Shown one piece after another: positions 1 to 9,193 of a stretch of DNA of 64,000 nt; position 1 is the stretch's first letter, and every line of letters begins with the position of its first letter. Source of the DNA: Candidatus Latescibacterota bacterium. GTDB lineage: Bacteria; Latescibacterota; UBA2968; GCA-2709665. The stretch covers positions 1,728,001 to 1,792,000 of the forward strand of contig CBDDDZ010000005.1 in assembly GCA_965226795.1 (NCBI GenBank), given 5' to 3'. A program made the position numbers and the translations under genes. A model generated the notes under the pieces. The model saw only the letters and a program-made list of their open reading frames with translations. It did not search any database and was not told where the DNA came from.

Positions 1-2
1 CA

Positions 3-1253
3 TCCGAAAATACCCGGCGCCGGTGGCGGAATTTCGGTCTCAGTGGAGCAAAACTTATCTGGGGGGGCGAGGCGATTGCCGTTCGACCGGAAGCACGTGC
101 AAACCCCAACCAGCTGTACGCCGCAGACCATACCCGACGCGGCCTCGCCGAACTGCTGGACATACTACGAGCGGCGCACCGACTGCACGCTGGCGACACG
201 GACGATCTGCTGGTCGGGCTGCAACTCACGCACTCGGGACGGTTCTGCCGGCCTGCGCACAAGAGCAGGATGGAACCCAGAATTCTGTACCGTCATCCAA
301 TTCTTGACCGTAAATTCGGCGTGGGTCCGAAGCACCCCGTGATGTCGGACAGCGAGATACGATCCGTTATCGACGATTACGTGAAGGCAGCCCGAATGGC
401 CTCTGATTTGGGCTACCAATTTGTGGACATCAAGCACTGCCACGGATATCTGGGACACGAATTTCTGAGCGCCGTTACCCGCAACGGTCCCTATGGCGGC
501 ACCTTTGAGAACCGAACGCGTTTCCTTCGGGAAATTGTGCAGGGCATCCGGGCCTTTGTTCCGGATCTCCAAATTGGTGTTCGCCTGAGCGCTTTCGACT
601 TTGTTCCGTTCCGGCCGGATCCGAAACAGACTGACGGTCATAAACAGGGCCCGGGCATACCGGAAGATTTCGACCACTGCCTGCCCTATGCATTCGGTTT
701 TGGAACAAACCCGTCCAACCCCGTCGTCCCGGATCTTACCGAACCCTATATGTTTCTCGACTTGCTCGAACGCCTGGACATCCCGCTGGTCAATATTTCT
801 GCCGGCAGCCCGTATTACAGCCCCCACATTCAGCGGCCCGCGTACTATCCGCCTTCAGATGGTTACCAACCACCTGAAGACCCTCTTGTGGGCGTCGCGC
901 GTCAGATCGACGCCGTCCGGCGGATCAAGACGCGGCATCCCAACCTGATTGTGGTGGGTACGGGGTATTCTTACCTTCAGGAATTTCTGCCGCACGTCGC
1001 TCAAGCACTCGTGCGCGCAGGGCAGGTCGACTTTATCGGTCTGGGCCGGATGGTCCTTTCCTACCCGCAGCTTCCGCTTGACGTCCTCAGAAACGGAGAA
1101 CTGAACATCCGGGCCATCTGTCGAACGTTCAGCGATTGCACCACCGCCCCTCGGAACGGGCTGATATCGGGTTGTTTCCCGCTGGATGGTCATTATAAAA
1201 AATCCCCTGAAGCCAAACGCCTCAGGGAAATTAAGAAAGCCGCCCGTTCCTAG
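3..1253 (+). CDS. NADH:flavin oxidoreductase / Old Yellow Enzyme family (5'-truncated by window edge)
   Basis: The frame of ORF 270..1253 is open back to position 3 (..[24 protein letters not shown]..). It contains [31 protein letters not shown] and the C-terminal GLGRM, all typical of OYE TIM barrels. Confidence 0.9.
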   Translation, partial: SENTRRRWRNFGLSGAKLIWGGEAIAVRPEARANPNQLYAADHTRRGLAELLDILRAAHRLHAGDTDDLLVGLQLTHSGRFCRPAHKSRMEPRILYRHPILDRKFGVGPKHPVMSDSEIRSVIDDYVKAARMASDLGYQFVDIKHCHGYLGHEFLSAVTRNGPYGGTFENRTRFLREIVQGIRAFVPDLQIGVRLSAFDFVPFRPDPKQTDGHKQGPGIPEDFDHCLPYAFGFGTNPSNPVVPDLTEPYMFLDLLERLDIPLVNISAGSPYYSPHIQRPAYYPPSDGYQPPEDPLVGVARQIDAVRRIKTRHPNLIVVGTGYSYLQEFLPHVAQALVRAGQVDFIGLGRMVLSYPQLPLDVLRNGELNIRAICRTFSDCTTAPRNGLISGCFPLDGHYKKSPEAKRLREIKKAARS

Positions 1254-1293
1254 CAAGGGGAAAGCGGCGCGCCGCCACCCGTGCCCGACGCGC

Positions 1294-2103
1294 TCAACCC
1301 TCTTTGCCATTGTTGACCGCCACGGATTTGAGTACGAAGACCTCCTCCAGATTGAAGAAATCGACGCTGGGTATCAGCTGGACTTCCTTGAAAAGCGCCT
1401 GATCGTGTTCGCCCACCCGGGTTACCGTGCCAATTAAGAGACCCTTGGGAAACAGACCGCCCAAGCCCGACGAAATAATCCTATCGCCCTCGGAAACCTC
1501 GCTACGTACCGACACGTGCCTGAGAAAAAAGCTGCCGTTTTCGCACGTTACAATTCCCGACGTCCTTTCGTTGCGCTGAACGATCGCGCTAACCCTGCAA
1601 TTGCGATCTAGCAACAACTGAACCACGGCAGTCCGCGGGTGAACTTCCAGTACGCGTCCAACGAGCCCGTCCGCGGTTACGACCGGCATGCGTTTCGCCA
1701 CCCCGTCCGCCGCGCCCATGTCCAGGAGTACCGTGTTCAGTACGCGGTTCGGATCTCGGGCAACCACCTTTGCCACCAGATAGGTGCCCTCGGCCTTCGT
1801 TCGAAAGTCGAGTAACTCGCGAAGTCTTAGATTCTCCATCCGCGCTTCACGGAGTTCCATCAACTCGAGCGAGATCCGCAGATTCTGTTCCCGCAAGATA
1901 TGATTTTCATGACGCAGCCTGAATAGTTCCCTGGGCCATCTGAACAATCCGTGCCCGGCTTCCATAAACCCGGTGGCGATGCCTCTTGCCAGCGCCACCG
2001 CATCAGATTGGCTGAGTGCCATGAGACTCAGCGATACAAAGATGGCCACGCCCAACACGACAAAAGCACGGCGTCCACGTATAAAGCCAAGCAGCCACTG
2101 CAT
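1294..2103 (-). CDS. mreC: Rod shape-determining protein MreC
   Basis: N-terminal TM helix, coiled coil (LRHENHILRE..ENLRLRELL), GLVGRV and SSGLGGLFPKGLLIG motifs; directly downstream of mreB. Confidence 0.95.
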   Translation of the reverse strand: MQWLLGFIRGRRAFVVLGVAIFVSLSLMALSQSDAVALARGIATGFMEAGHGLFRWPRELFRLRHENHILREQNLRISLELMELREARMENLRLRELLDFRTKAEGTYLVAKVVARDPNRVLNTVLLDMGAADGVAKRMPVVTADGLVGRVLEVHPRTAVVQLLLDRNCRVSAIVQRNERTSGIVTCENGSFFLRHVSVRSEVSEGDRIISSGLGGLFPKGLLIGTVTRVGEHDQALFKEVQLIPSVDFFNLEEVFVLKSVAVNNGKEG

Positions 2104-2125
2104 GGGTTATCCAAACCATTATCGA

Positions 2126-3145
2126 TTATAATAACAACTTCTGATACTGGTCGATATTTTCAAGAACGCGCCCGGTGCCGCGGACAACACAGGTGAGCGG
2201 GTCGTCTGCCACGATCACCGGCAAGCCGGTTTCCTCCATCAGCCTGTGGTCCAATCCGCGCAGCAATGCCCCGCCACCCGTCATAATGATGCCCCGATCG
2301 AGTATATCGGCAGCCAGTTCGGGCGGTGTATGCTCCAGGGTCTGCCGCACCGCTTCCAGAATGGAATTCACCGTCCCATTGAGAGCCTCCCGAATTTCCA
2401 CCGAATCGACGATAATGGTTTTCGGGATAAAGCTGACCGTATCCAGACCCCGGCAAGGATGCTGGAATTCGCTATCCAGTTTCCCGGCAGAACCGATTTC
2501 ACATTTGATCTGCTCCGCGCTCCGTTCCCCAACAAGAAGGTTGTGTTTGCGTCTAAGCATCGTAATAATGGCCTGATTCATCCCGTCGCCCGCTATTTTA
2601 ATTGACCTGGAGGTTACGATGCCCGACAGGGCAATCACGGCGATTTCGGTTGTACCGCCTCCGATGTCAATTACCATGGACCCCACTGCCTCTTCCACGG
2701 GCAGGCCGATCCCTATGGCTGCGGCCATGGGTTCCTTGATGATATACACCTCGCGGGCGCCTGCGCGCTCCGCGGACTCCCGGACGGCCCGCATTTCGAC
2801 GGCGGTCACGCCCGAAGGAACGCATATCACAATTCGCGGGCGTACGAGAAGCCTGTTTTTTTTAACCTTTCGGATGAAATGCCGAAGCATCTCTTCGGTC
2901 ACATCGAAATCGGCAATAACCCCGTTACGCAATGGACGTATCACCTCAATATCCGGGTTCTGGCGCCCCATCATCTGCTTGGCATGGGCACCGATGGCCA
3001 GCGGTTTTTGGGATTTTCGATCCAGAGCCACCACCGACGGCTCATCTACCACGATATTCTGTCCTTTGACATAAACCAGCGTATTGGCCGTACCCAGATC
3101 GATACCGATGTCGTTGGACAGCAGCCTGGAAAGAAAAAATGCCAT
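2126..3145 (-). CDS. mreB: Rod shape-determining protein MreB (actin-like ATPase)
   Basis: DIGIDLGTANT, EPMAAAIG, DIGGGTTE and TGGGALL motifs. Confidence 0.97.
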   Translation of the reverse strand: MAFFLSRLLSNDIGIDLGTANTLVYVKGQNIVVDEPSVVALDRKSQKPLAIGAHAKQMMGRQNPDIEVIRPLRNGVIADFDVTEEMLRHFIRKVKKNRLLVRPRIVICVPSGVTAVEMRAVRESAERAGAREVYIIKEPMAAAIGIGLPVEEAVGSMVIDIGGGTTEIAVIALSGIVTSRSIKIAGDGMNQAIITMLRRKHNLLVGERSAEQIKCEIGSAGKLDSEFQHPCRGLDTVSFIPKTIIVDSVEIREALNGTVNSILEAVRQTLEHTPPELAADILDRGIIMTGGGALLRGLDHRLMEETGLPVIVADDPLTCVVRGTGRVLENIDQYQKLLL

Positions 3146-3166
3146 AGTGATTCAGTTCCTAACGGG

Positions 3167-4045
3167 TTAGCCAAGCAATCGATCCCGGACGTCGCGATAC
3201 TTGTCCAGCGTTTTCTCGACAATCTCGTCTGGCAACTCCGGCGCGGGCGGGATCTTGTCCCAATCGAGGGTCTCGAGATAATCGCGGACAAACTGCTTGT
3301 CGAAACTGTCCTGCGACCGGCCCGGCGCATAGAGTTCGTGGTCCCAGAAGCGGGAGGAATCCGGCGACAGGATCTCGTCGATCAGGATCACCTCACCGTC
3401 ACAAAGGCCGAATTCGAACTTGGTATCGGCAATAATGATTCCCTTGCCCTCGGCGAACGTTCGGGCGGCGTCGTAGATCTCCAGCGTTAAATCCCGCAAC
3501 CGGGACGCAAGGTCCGGCTCCACGACATCGCACATCTGTTCGAATGAGATGTTTTCGTCGTGTCCGGTCGAGGCTTTCGTGGCCGGTGTAAAGATCGGCC
3601 GGGCCAGCCGGCTGGACTCCTGGAGCCCGCCGGGCAACTGTACCCCGCATACGGCGCCTGTCTTCGTGTAATCCTTCCATCCGGACCCGGCAAGATATCC
3701 CCGGACGACGCATTCGATATCCACCCGGTCGGCCTTCATCACCAGCATCGACCTCGATTCAAGCTGGTCTCGATAGGCCTGCAACTCAGGAGGATACTCG
3801 TCGACGTTCGCCGTGATCAAATGATGGTTGACCACGTGAGCGAGTTTCTCGAACCAGAAGAGAGACATCTCCGTCAGAATAGCGCCCTTGCCTGGAATGC
3901 CGTTGGGCGCGACACAGTCAAACGCCGAGATTCGATCCGTCGCCACAATTAAAAGTCGATCTTCCAAATCGTAGACATCACGGACCTTTCCCCTGGCGAA
4001 CAGGGGAACGCCGTCCAACCTCGTCTCCGTCAACGCCAATTTCAT
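3167..4045 (-). CDS. purC: Phosphoribosylaminoimidazole-succinocarboxamide (SAICAR) synthase
   Basis: GKVRDVY, TDRISAFD, ECVVRGY, DTKFEFG and SFDKQFVRDYL motifs; GGAGG RBS upstream. Confidence 0.97.
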   Translation of the reverse strand: MKLALTETRLDGVPLFARGKVRDVYDLEDRLLIVATDRISAFDCVAPNGIPGKGAILTEMSLFWFEKLAHVVNHHLITANVDEYPPELQAYRDQLESRSMLVMKADRVDIECVVRGYLAGSGWKDYTKTGAVCGVQLPGGLQESSRLARPIFTPATKASTGHDENISFEQMCDVVEPDLASRLRDLTLEIYDAARTFAEGKGIIIADTKFEFGLCDGEVILIDEILSPDSSRFWDHELYAPGRSQDSFDKQFVRDYLETLDWDKIPPAPELPDEIVEKTLDKYRDVRDRLLG

Positions 4046-4061
4046 GGACGCATAGCCTCCT

Positions 4062-4724
4062 CTAGTTTAAAATTCGGACCTCCCGGCCAGCGACGCTTAT
4101 TCTGCCTTCCGCGAACAAACCGATCGCTTCGGCATACAACTCGTGCTCCACGGCCAGTACCTTGCGTGCGAGGGAATCGGGCGTATCTTCGGTTGCAACG
4201 CGGACCCTTCGCTGCAATATGATCGGGCCGGTGTCGTATTCCTCGTCCACGAGATGCACGGTCGCACCGGAGACCACCGCGCCACTCCGGACGACAGCTT
4301 CGTGGACACGGTGCCCATACATACCCAGGCCGCCGAATGCCGGAAGGAGGGCGGGGTGTATATTGACGATACGGTCTCTATAGTTCTCGAGAGTCACGGG
4401 GCCAAGTTTCTTCATGTATCCGGCCAGAACCACCAGGTCGACGCCGTGGGACCTGAGCGTTGCCGCGATAGTCCGGTCGAGTGCGCCGGGTTTCGGGTGC
4501 GTCAGACCGCTCAGGTGGAATGCGGGAACGCCCGCCCGCCGGGCGCGGGCAAGAGCGCCCGATCGGCTGTTATTGCCGATCACAACGGCCACACGCGCCG
4601 GAAGCCTGCCCGAATCGCTCCGGTCGAGTATCGCCTGCAGATTGGTTCCCCCTCCCGAGGCCAGAACACCCAGGCTGTAGGCAACGTTACGTTCAGACTG
4701 GTTTATAATTCCAGAATCCGACAC
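4062..4724 (-). CDS. purN: Phosphoribosylglycinamide formyltransferase
   Basis: LASGGGTNLQA, LAGYM, NIHPALLP and SGATVHLVDEEYDTGPII motifs. Start moved to GTG 4724 because the ORF-track extension overlaps the promoter; exact start uncertain. Confidence 0.93.
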   Translation of the reverse strand: MSDSGIINQSERNVAYSLGVLASGGGTNLQAILDRSDSGRLPARVAVVIGNNSRSGALARARRAGVPAFHLSGLTHPKPGALDRTIAATLRSHGVDLVVLAGYMKKLGPVTLENYRDRIVNIHPALLPAFGGLGMYGHRVHEAVVRSGAVVSGATVHLVDEEYDTGPIILQRRVRVATEDTPDSLARKVLAVEHELYAEAIGLFAEGRISVAGREVRILN

Positions 4725-4847
4725 GGGGATACGTTCCGATGGCTGACTCTGCAACAGATAATTCGGCGGGGAAAAAGCAGAAAAGGGGGAAGACGCCCGA
4801 CGGCAAGAATGGCGTCGGGACTGAGAGACACGTGACTCAAACAACTC

Positions 4848-4876
4848 AAAATAACCCATTGCCCGCCCGATGTCAA
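4848..4876 (-). promoter_or_regulatory. sigma70-type promoter for purN-purC-mreB-mreC
   Basis: Minus strand TTGACA-N17-TATTTT. Confidence 0.6.
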
Positions 4877-5006
4877 GCGCTTTGCAGGCAAGGTTCAGGC
4901 GGAGCGAGAGACAAAATCCACTTGACAAAAATGCAACAAAATTCCTTATTTAAACCGATATATGTTAAGCACTTACTCATTTGGCTCACCACAGCGGAGG
5001 TTGCCT

Positions 5007-5903
5007 TTGAAGATTCGCAAGGCTGTGATCGCGGCGGCCGGGCACGGCAGCCGGATGTTGCCGGCCACCAAAGCCCTGCCCAAAGAGATGATGCCTGTGG
5101 TAGACAAACCGGCTATACAATACATCATCGAAGAACTGGTAGAAGCTGGCATTGAAGACATTCTGATAATTACGGGCAGAGGCAAACGGGCCATAGAAGA
5201 CCACTTCGACCGCAATGTCGAACTTCACAACGCCCTGGCAGAGCGGGAAGACCGCTCGATGCTCGCAACCCTTGAATGCATCGAGCAACTCGCCGACATC
5301 CACTATCTCCGACAGAGAGAACTACTCGGAACCGGTCACGCTGTCCTCAGGGCCCGCAAACACGTCGGTGACGAACCGTTTGCAGTGTTATTCGGAGACG
5401 ACCTGGTGGTATCCGACCGTCCGTGCATCGGGCAACTGATGGATCAATTCGACAATTTCGGCGCGTCGATTCTGGCGGTTAAAGAGGTGGCCCCCGAACT
5501 TGTCGGCAGCTACGGCGTGATCAAAGCCGAATCCATCAACGGGGCATATCTCGTGAAGGGCCTGGTGGAAAAACCCGTCCCGGCGCAGGCACCCTCAAAT
5601 CTCGCCTGCCTCGGGAGGTATATCTTCGAACCCGACATCTTCGATTTTCTGGATCGAATCACCCCGGTGGAAAATGGCGAGTACCAGCTTACCGACGCCA
5701 TTCAGCTGATGATTCAAACCCGACCCGTGTACGCGTGCGCAATTGATGGGGATTGGCACACGGTTGGCGACTTGCTCTCGTATTTGAAAACAACGGTTGC
5801 ATTCGCCGTGGAGCACCCCACCATTGGCGATTCCTTCCTGGAATATCTGAAAACAACCTGTCAATCCCTGTTTCTGGACGTCGAGAAATCACGCGACCAT
5901 TGA
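5007..5903 (+). CDS. galU: UTP--glucose-1-phosphate uridylyltransferase
   Basis: KAVIAAAGHGSRMLPATKALPKEM, IEDHFD, VEKP and GEYQLTDAI motifs. TTG start at 5007 follows GGAGG; TTGACA at 4922. Confidence 0.93.
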   Translation: MKIRKAVIAAAGHGSRMLPATKALPKEMMPVVDKPAIQYIIEELVEAGIEDILIITGRGKRAIEDHFDRNVELHNALAEREDRSMLATLECIEQLADIHYLRQRELLGTGHAVLRARKHVGDEPFAVLFGDDLVVSDRPCIGQLMDQFDNFGASILAVKEVAPELVGSYGVIKAESINGAYLVKGLVEKPVPAQAPSNLACLGRYIFEPDIFDFLDRITPVENGEYQLTDAIQLMIQTRPVYACAIDGDWHTVGDLLSYLKTTVAFAVEHPTIGDSFLEYLKTTCQSLFLDVEKSRDH

Positions 5904-5909
5904 ACGGGC

Positions 5910-6389
5910 TCATGCCCGGGCAAGAATGCCATCAAAGTCAGCCAGAATCTCGTCCACGCGGGCGACAATTGCGCGCTCCTGACTCGCGATCCATTCGACA
6001 TCCTGCCTGCTGAGCTCCCCACGCCTCTCAAAGGTTTCCAGTTCATCCCGATCAAGAACCGTGAGCCGGCCTTCCGAATCGAACCAGAGATCCAGCATCA
6101 GGTCGACATAATCAACGCACTGATCGCCCACCTCCAGATTCTTGCAGATGTGAAAGAGATGGCCCAGCAGCCGCCCTACCGGATCGTAAGTTTTCCACAA
6201 TACATACCCGGCCCCTTGCCGATAGTATCCATACGTAACGGACCCGGTTCCGAACGTGATATCGCCCACCCGCCCGGGCCGTGTGTTCACATATTTGAGT
6301 ATAACGCAACCCGGCATACGCACAAGGGGTTCGCAAACAAAAACGGCGTCCGGTTTGTCCAGGTGCCGTTTTACTTCCCGATAACTCAT
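5910..6389 (-). CDS. DUF402-domain protein (FomD/Ntdp-like putative nucleotide phosphatase)
   Basis: C-terminal DYVDLMLDLW..TVLDRDEL acidic motif typical of DUF402; likely start MSYREVKRHL at 6389. Confidence 0.7.
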   Translation of the reverse strand: MSYREVKRHLDKPDAVFVCEPLVRMPGCVILKYVNTRPGRVGDITFGTGSVTYGYYRQGAGYVLWKTYDPVGRLLGHLFHICKNLEVGDQCVDYVDLMLDLWFDSEGRLTVLDRDELETFERRGELSRQDVEWIASQERAIVARVDEILADFDGILARA

Positions 6390-6574
6390 TGCGTTTACGA
6401 ACCGCTTAAAAGATAACAGAACAACATCGTGGTACATGCCACCAACCAGCATGCCCATTGAAGCAGTTTCGCGCGTCGTCCCTCCATACCTGACGAAATG
6501 GATTGACCAAGATAACAACAAAGGAACACCAGCGATATTCCGATACCCCAGATTGTAATCAAGAAAGACCCTCC

Positions 6575-7318
6575 TCATTCCTGCGCCTGTGCCTCTCCCG
6601 TCATCGGTACGAACCGGACGGGAATTACCCTTTCTTCCCTAACGCCATTCTTCTCCTTGACAAGCAGCGTCAGGGTTTGATTGGCGGTGCCTACAGGTAT
6701 CACCATACGCCCGCCTTCCCGAAGCTGTTCGACAAGCTTTGGCGGAATATGGTCGGGCGCCGCCGTCACGATGACTGCGTCGAACGGCGCATGTTCCTTC
6801 CAGCCCCTGTACCCGTCACCTAGACGCACGCTAATGTTGTCGTATCCCATTCGTGTGAGTCGTCCTTCGGCCTGGCGAGCGAGCGACGGCACGATTTCAA
6901 TGGTATACACCTCGCGCACGAGCTTTGCCAGAACAGCCGCCTGATAGCCCGAGCCGGTTCCCACCTCGAGCACCCTCTCGTCGCCTTCAAGGTCCAACAA
7001 TTCCGTCATCTTCGCCACAATGTACGGCTGCGATATCGTCTGGTCTTCGCCAATAGGCAACGCGCCGTCGTCATACGCGCGTTCCTTCAGGTGTGCGGCC
7101 ACGAACAGGTGGCGGGGCACCCCCAGCATCGCATCGAGCACGCGGCGCTCCTTGATTCCGCGGCGCTCGATCTGTATTTTTACCATCCTTTTGCGCATAA
7201 TGAGAAATCGCGCCTCCTCATCCACCGACAACCTTTGTCTGTCTGTCGAATCCGCACTACAACCTGCGCAAAGCGCCAACCATAGCGCCGGCAACGTAGC
7301 GCCGCGTAAGCGATGCAT
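6575..7318 (-). CDS. pcm: Protein-L-isoaspartate(D-aspartate) O-methyltransferase with lipoprotein-like N-terminus
   Basis: VPRHLFV, QTISQPYIVA, VLEVGTGSGYQAA, APFDAVIVTAA and VRFVPM motifs. Confidence 0.95.
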   Translation of the reverse strand: MHRLRGATLPALWLALCAGCSADSTDRQRLSVDEEARFLIMRKRMVKIQIERRGIKERRVLDAMLGVPRHLFVAAHLKERAYDDGALPIGEDQTISQPYIVAKMTELLDLEGDERVLEVGTGSGYQAAVLAKLVREVYTIEIVPSLARQAEGRLTRMGYDNISVRLGDGYRGWKEHAPFDAVIVTAAPDHIPPKLVEQLREGGRMVIPVGTANQTLTLLVKEKNGVREERVIPVRFVPMTGEAQAQE

Positions 7319-7339
7319 GGTCTACGGCCTCCCGGTGAA

Positions 7340-8962
7340 TCACTTTCTTTTTTTTTCGAAATATGCCTTATCTCGCTGCAGAAGCTCCGGGTTTAACCGG
7401 TAGAATAAATCCCGGGCCTGCGGCAGCATCCTGCTCGTGACGACGAATCGGCCGTCGAGCAATAGCGATGGATTCATTGACCGATCGATACCTGCTCTTG
7501 ACGCCGCAACCCGGGACCGTGCAGCAAACGCCGCGCCATCTTCGGCGGCGCAGCGCCTTACGCGCTCGACGTCCATCGCCTGCTGATTCAGACAGGTGGT
7601 ATTGGCACGCTTGCCCGCGCTTTTCGAAACACTCCGGAACACGCACATTATATATGCCCTGTACCGATCAGGATAGATCTGCCGAACACACAAGCCGGAT
7701 AGAGCGTCTTTCTCCTGACCCATCGGATGGAGGTGGAGACGTTCCGGGGCATCGACGGCATCCAGCCACGACAGCAGTTCGCCGGCAATTCGCACCGTCA
7801 GTGGCGACGCTCCTGCAAAGAAGAAATCCATACGACCCGGAACGGCCGTCCAGCCCATCAGCCGTGAGACAGGCACGAGTGCGGGCCGTGGCATGTAGCT
7901 GCCGCTCATCGGATACACGGCCTGCACAAATCGACGAAACCTGGCCGTCCTGGAAAAATCGGAGTCGAGTATAAACGCCGGCACCCGGTCGATCTGAAAA
8001 CGGTCCGCCAATCTTCTCCCCTGCCGGGAATGAACGTTCAGTGTTCGAACCTCCACGCCCGGGAACAACTCTCGCGTAGACCGGACAAACAGCCCCGGGT
8101 CGCACAGGTCGCATTCGGTATCGTTCAAAACCGTCATCCTGAAGACAACCGGATCGCTGAATCTGCAAGCCGCCGAAGGCTTGCCGGCGTTAACACAGAC
8201 ACCAACCCTCCCCGTCGACAGACAGTCCTGATCCGTTCCGCAAACCGGAACCGACGCGCAGGGCCCGGCCAGACTATCCAGCACGCAGATGCGGCGCGCC
8301 AGAACCTGCGTTCCCATTCCCTCCTTCACTTCCACGCCGTCGACAAACAGGGTCGGCGACGCCTGGATACCCAGTAGATTCGCCCTCAGGATATTTTCCC
8401 GGAAAAGCACCTCTCCGTCGGCACCGGACGCGACCGCCGCCACCCGTTCCGGTTCCATTCCCGCCCGCCTCGCGCTGGCCTGCCAATCCGGGGAGTGGAT
8501 GTCTTCATTTCTGTATAGAATATAGTCATAATAACGGTCGGGATACAAATGCATCATAACGACCTGCCGGACTCCCTCCTCCACCTCGGTGTCGCCGTGC
8601 AGACTCAAGAAACTGCCGGTTCCGAAAACCATGCCGGAATCGCAGGATTCGCGCTGGGTCTGGCTCGGCCGGAGCGAACCGGAGGGTACACGGCCCTTTC
8701 CAGCCTCCTGAGCGATGAAATGCAGCCGGAAATCAATGCCATCGCCAAATGCCTTGAGCGTGGATGCCAGCGCTGCTTCCGCCCGCATCCCGTAAGGACA
8801 ATGCGCCATCACAAACAGCTCAACTTTTACGCGATTCCCGGCATCGCCCGCGCGAAGCGTCCGGGACTCAGTTCCTGAAACGTCCGCACCGGGAACCGGA
8901 AGCCACGGCAACAGGCCTACCAGCACCGACCAGAAAATAACCCGCAACCCTGTCACATTCAT
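7340..8962 (-). CDS. Exported multi-thioredoxin-fold, Cys-rich protein (DsbA/GILT-like)
   Basis: Signal peptide; VELFVMAHCPYG..SLHGDTEVEE..GIQASPTLFVDG; Cys-rich linker; CDLC..RVPAFIL; degenerate third repeat. Start ATG 8962 follows GAGG. Confidence 0.65.
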   Translation of the reverse strand: MNVTGLRVIFWSVLVGLLPWLPVPGADVSGTESRTLRAGDAGNRVKVELFVMAHCPYGMRAEAALASTLKAFGDGIDFRLHFIAQEAGKGRVPSGSLRPSQTQRESCDSGMVFGTGSFLSLHGDTEVEEGVRQVVMMHLYPDRYYDYILYRNEDIHSPDWQASARRAGMEPERVAAVASGADGEVLFRENILRANLLGIQASPTLFVDGVEVKEGMGTQVLARRICVLDSLAGPCASVPVCGTDQDCLSTGRVGVCVNAGKPSAACRFSDPVVFRMTVLNDTECDLCDPGLFVRSTRELFPGVEVRTLNVHSRQGRRLADRFQIDRVPAFILDSDFSRTARFRRFVQAVYPMSGSYMPRPALVPVSRLMGWTAVPGRMDFFFAGASPLTVRIAGELLSWLDAVDAPERLHLHPMGQEKDALSGLCVRQIYPDRYRAYIMCVFRSVSKSAGKRANTTCLNQQAMDVERVRRCAAEDGAAFAARSRVAASRAGIDRSMNPSLLLDGRFVVTSRMLPQARDLFYRLNPELLQRDKAYFEKKRK

Positions 8963-9130
8963 AACGACCTCATTGATCCTTGAAAATGCCAGTCTTAACC
9001 AGGCTTCAAGCAGAGAAAAGGCGAAGGCGGGTCGCAGGGCCTGGCACGGATCCTGCAGAGGCAAAAGACAACAGGCGGGATCAACCCGACCAGGGCGCGT
9101 TTCCGACCGGCGAGCGTCAGGATTGCGGCA

Positions 9131-9167
9131 GAACAAGAAAGGCCGCCTCTGGCTTAGAGACGACCTT
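9131..9167 (-). terminator. Putative intrinsic terminator after the cohesin/FlgD gene
   Basis: Minus-strand stem AAGGTCGTCTCT/AGAGGCGGCCTT (with G-U pairs) followed by TCTTGTTC. Confidence 0.55.
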
Positions 9168-9193
9168 AACAGTGCAGCGACAGATCAATAAAG

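Noticed and set aside
23..342. Two short ORFs suggesting a frameshift in the first gene
   Set aside because: The OYE frame is open from position 3 to 1253; the gene is only cut by the window edge.
4780..4845. ZTP (pfl) riboswitch upstream of purN
   Set aside because: Only a superficial match; the GACTGGCG and CGCCTGGG pseudoknot elements are missing.
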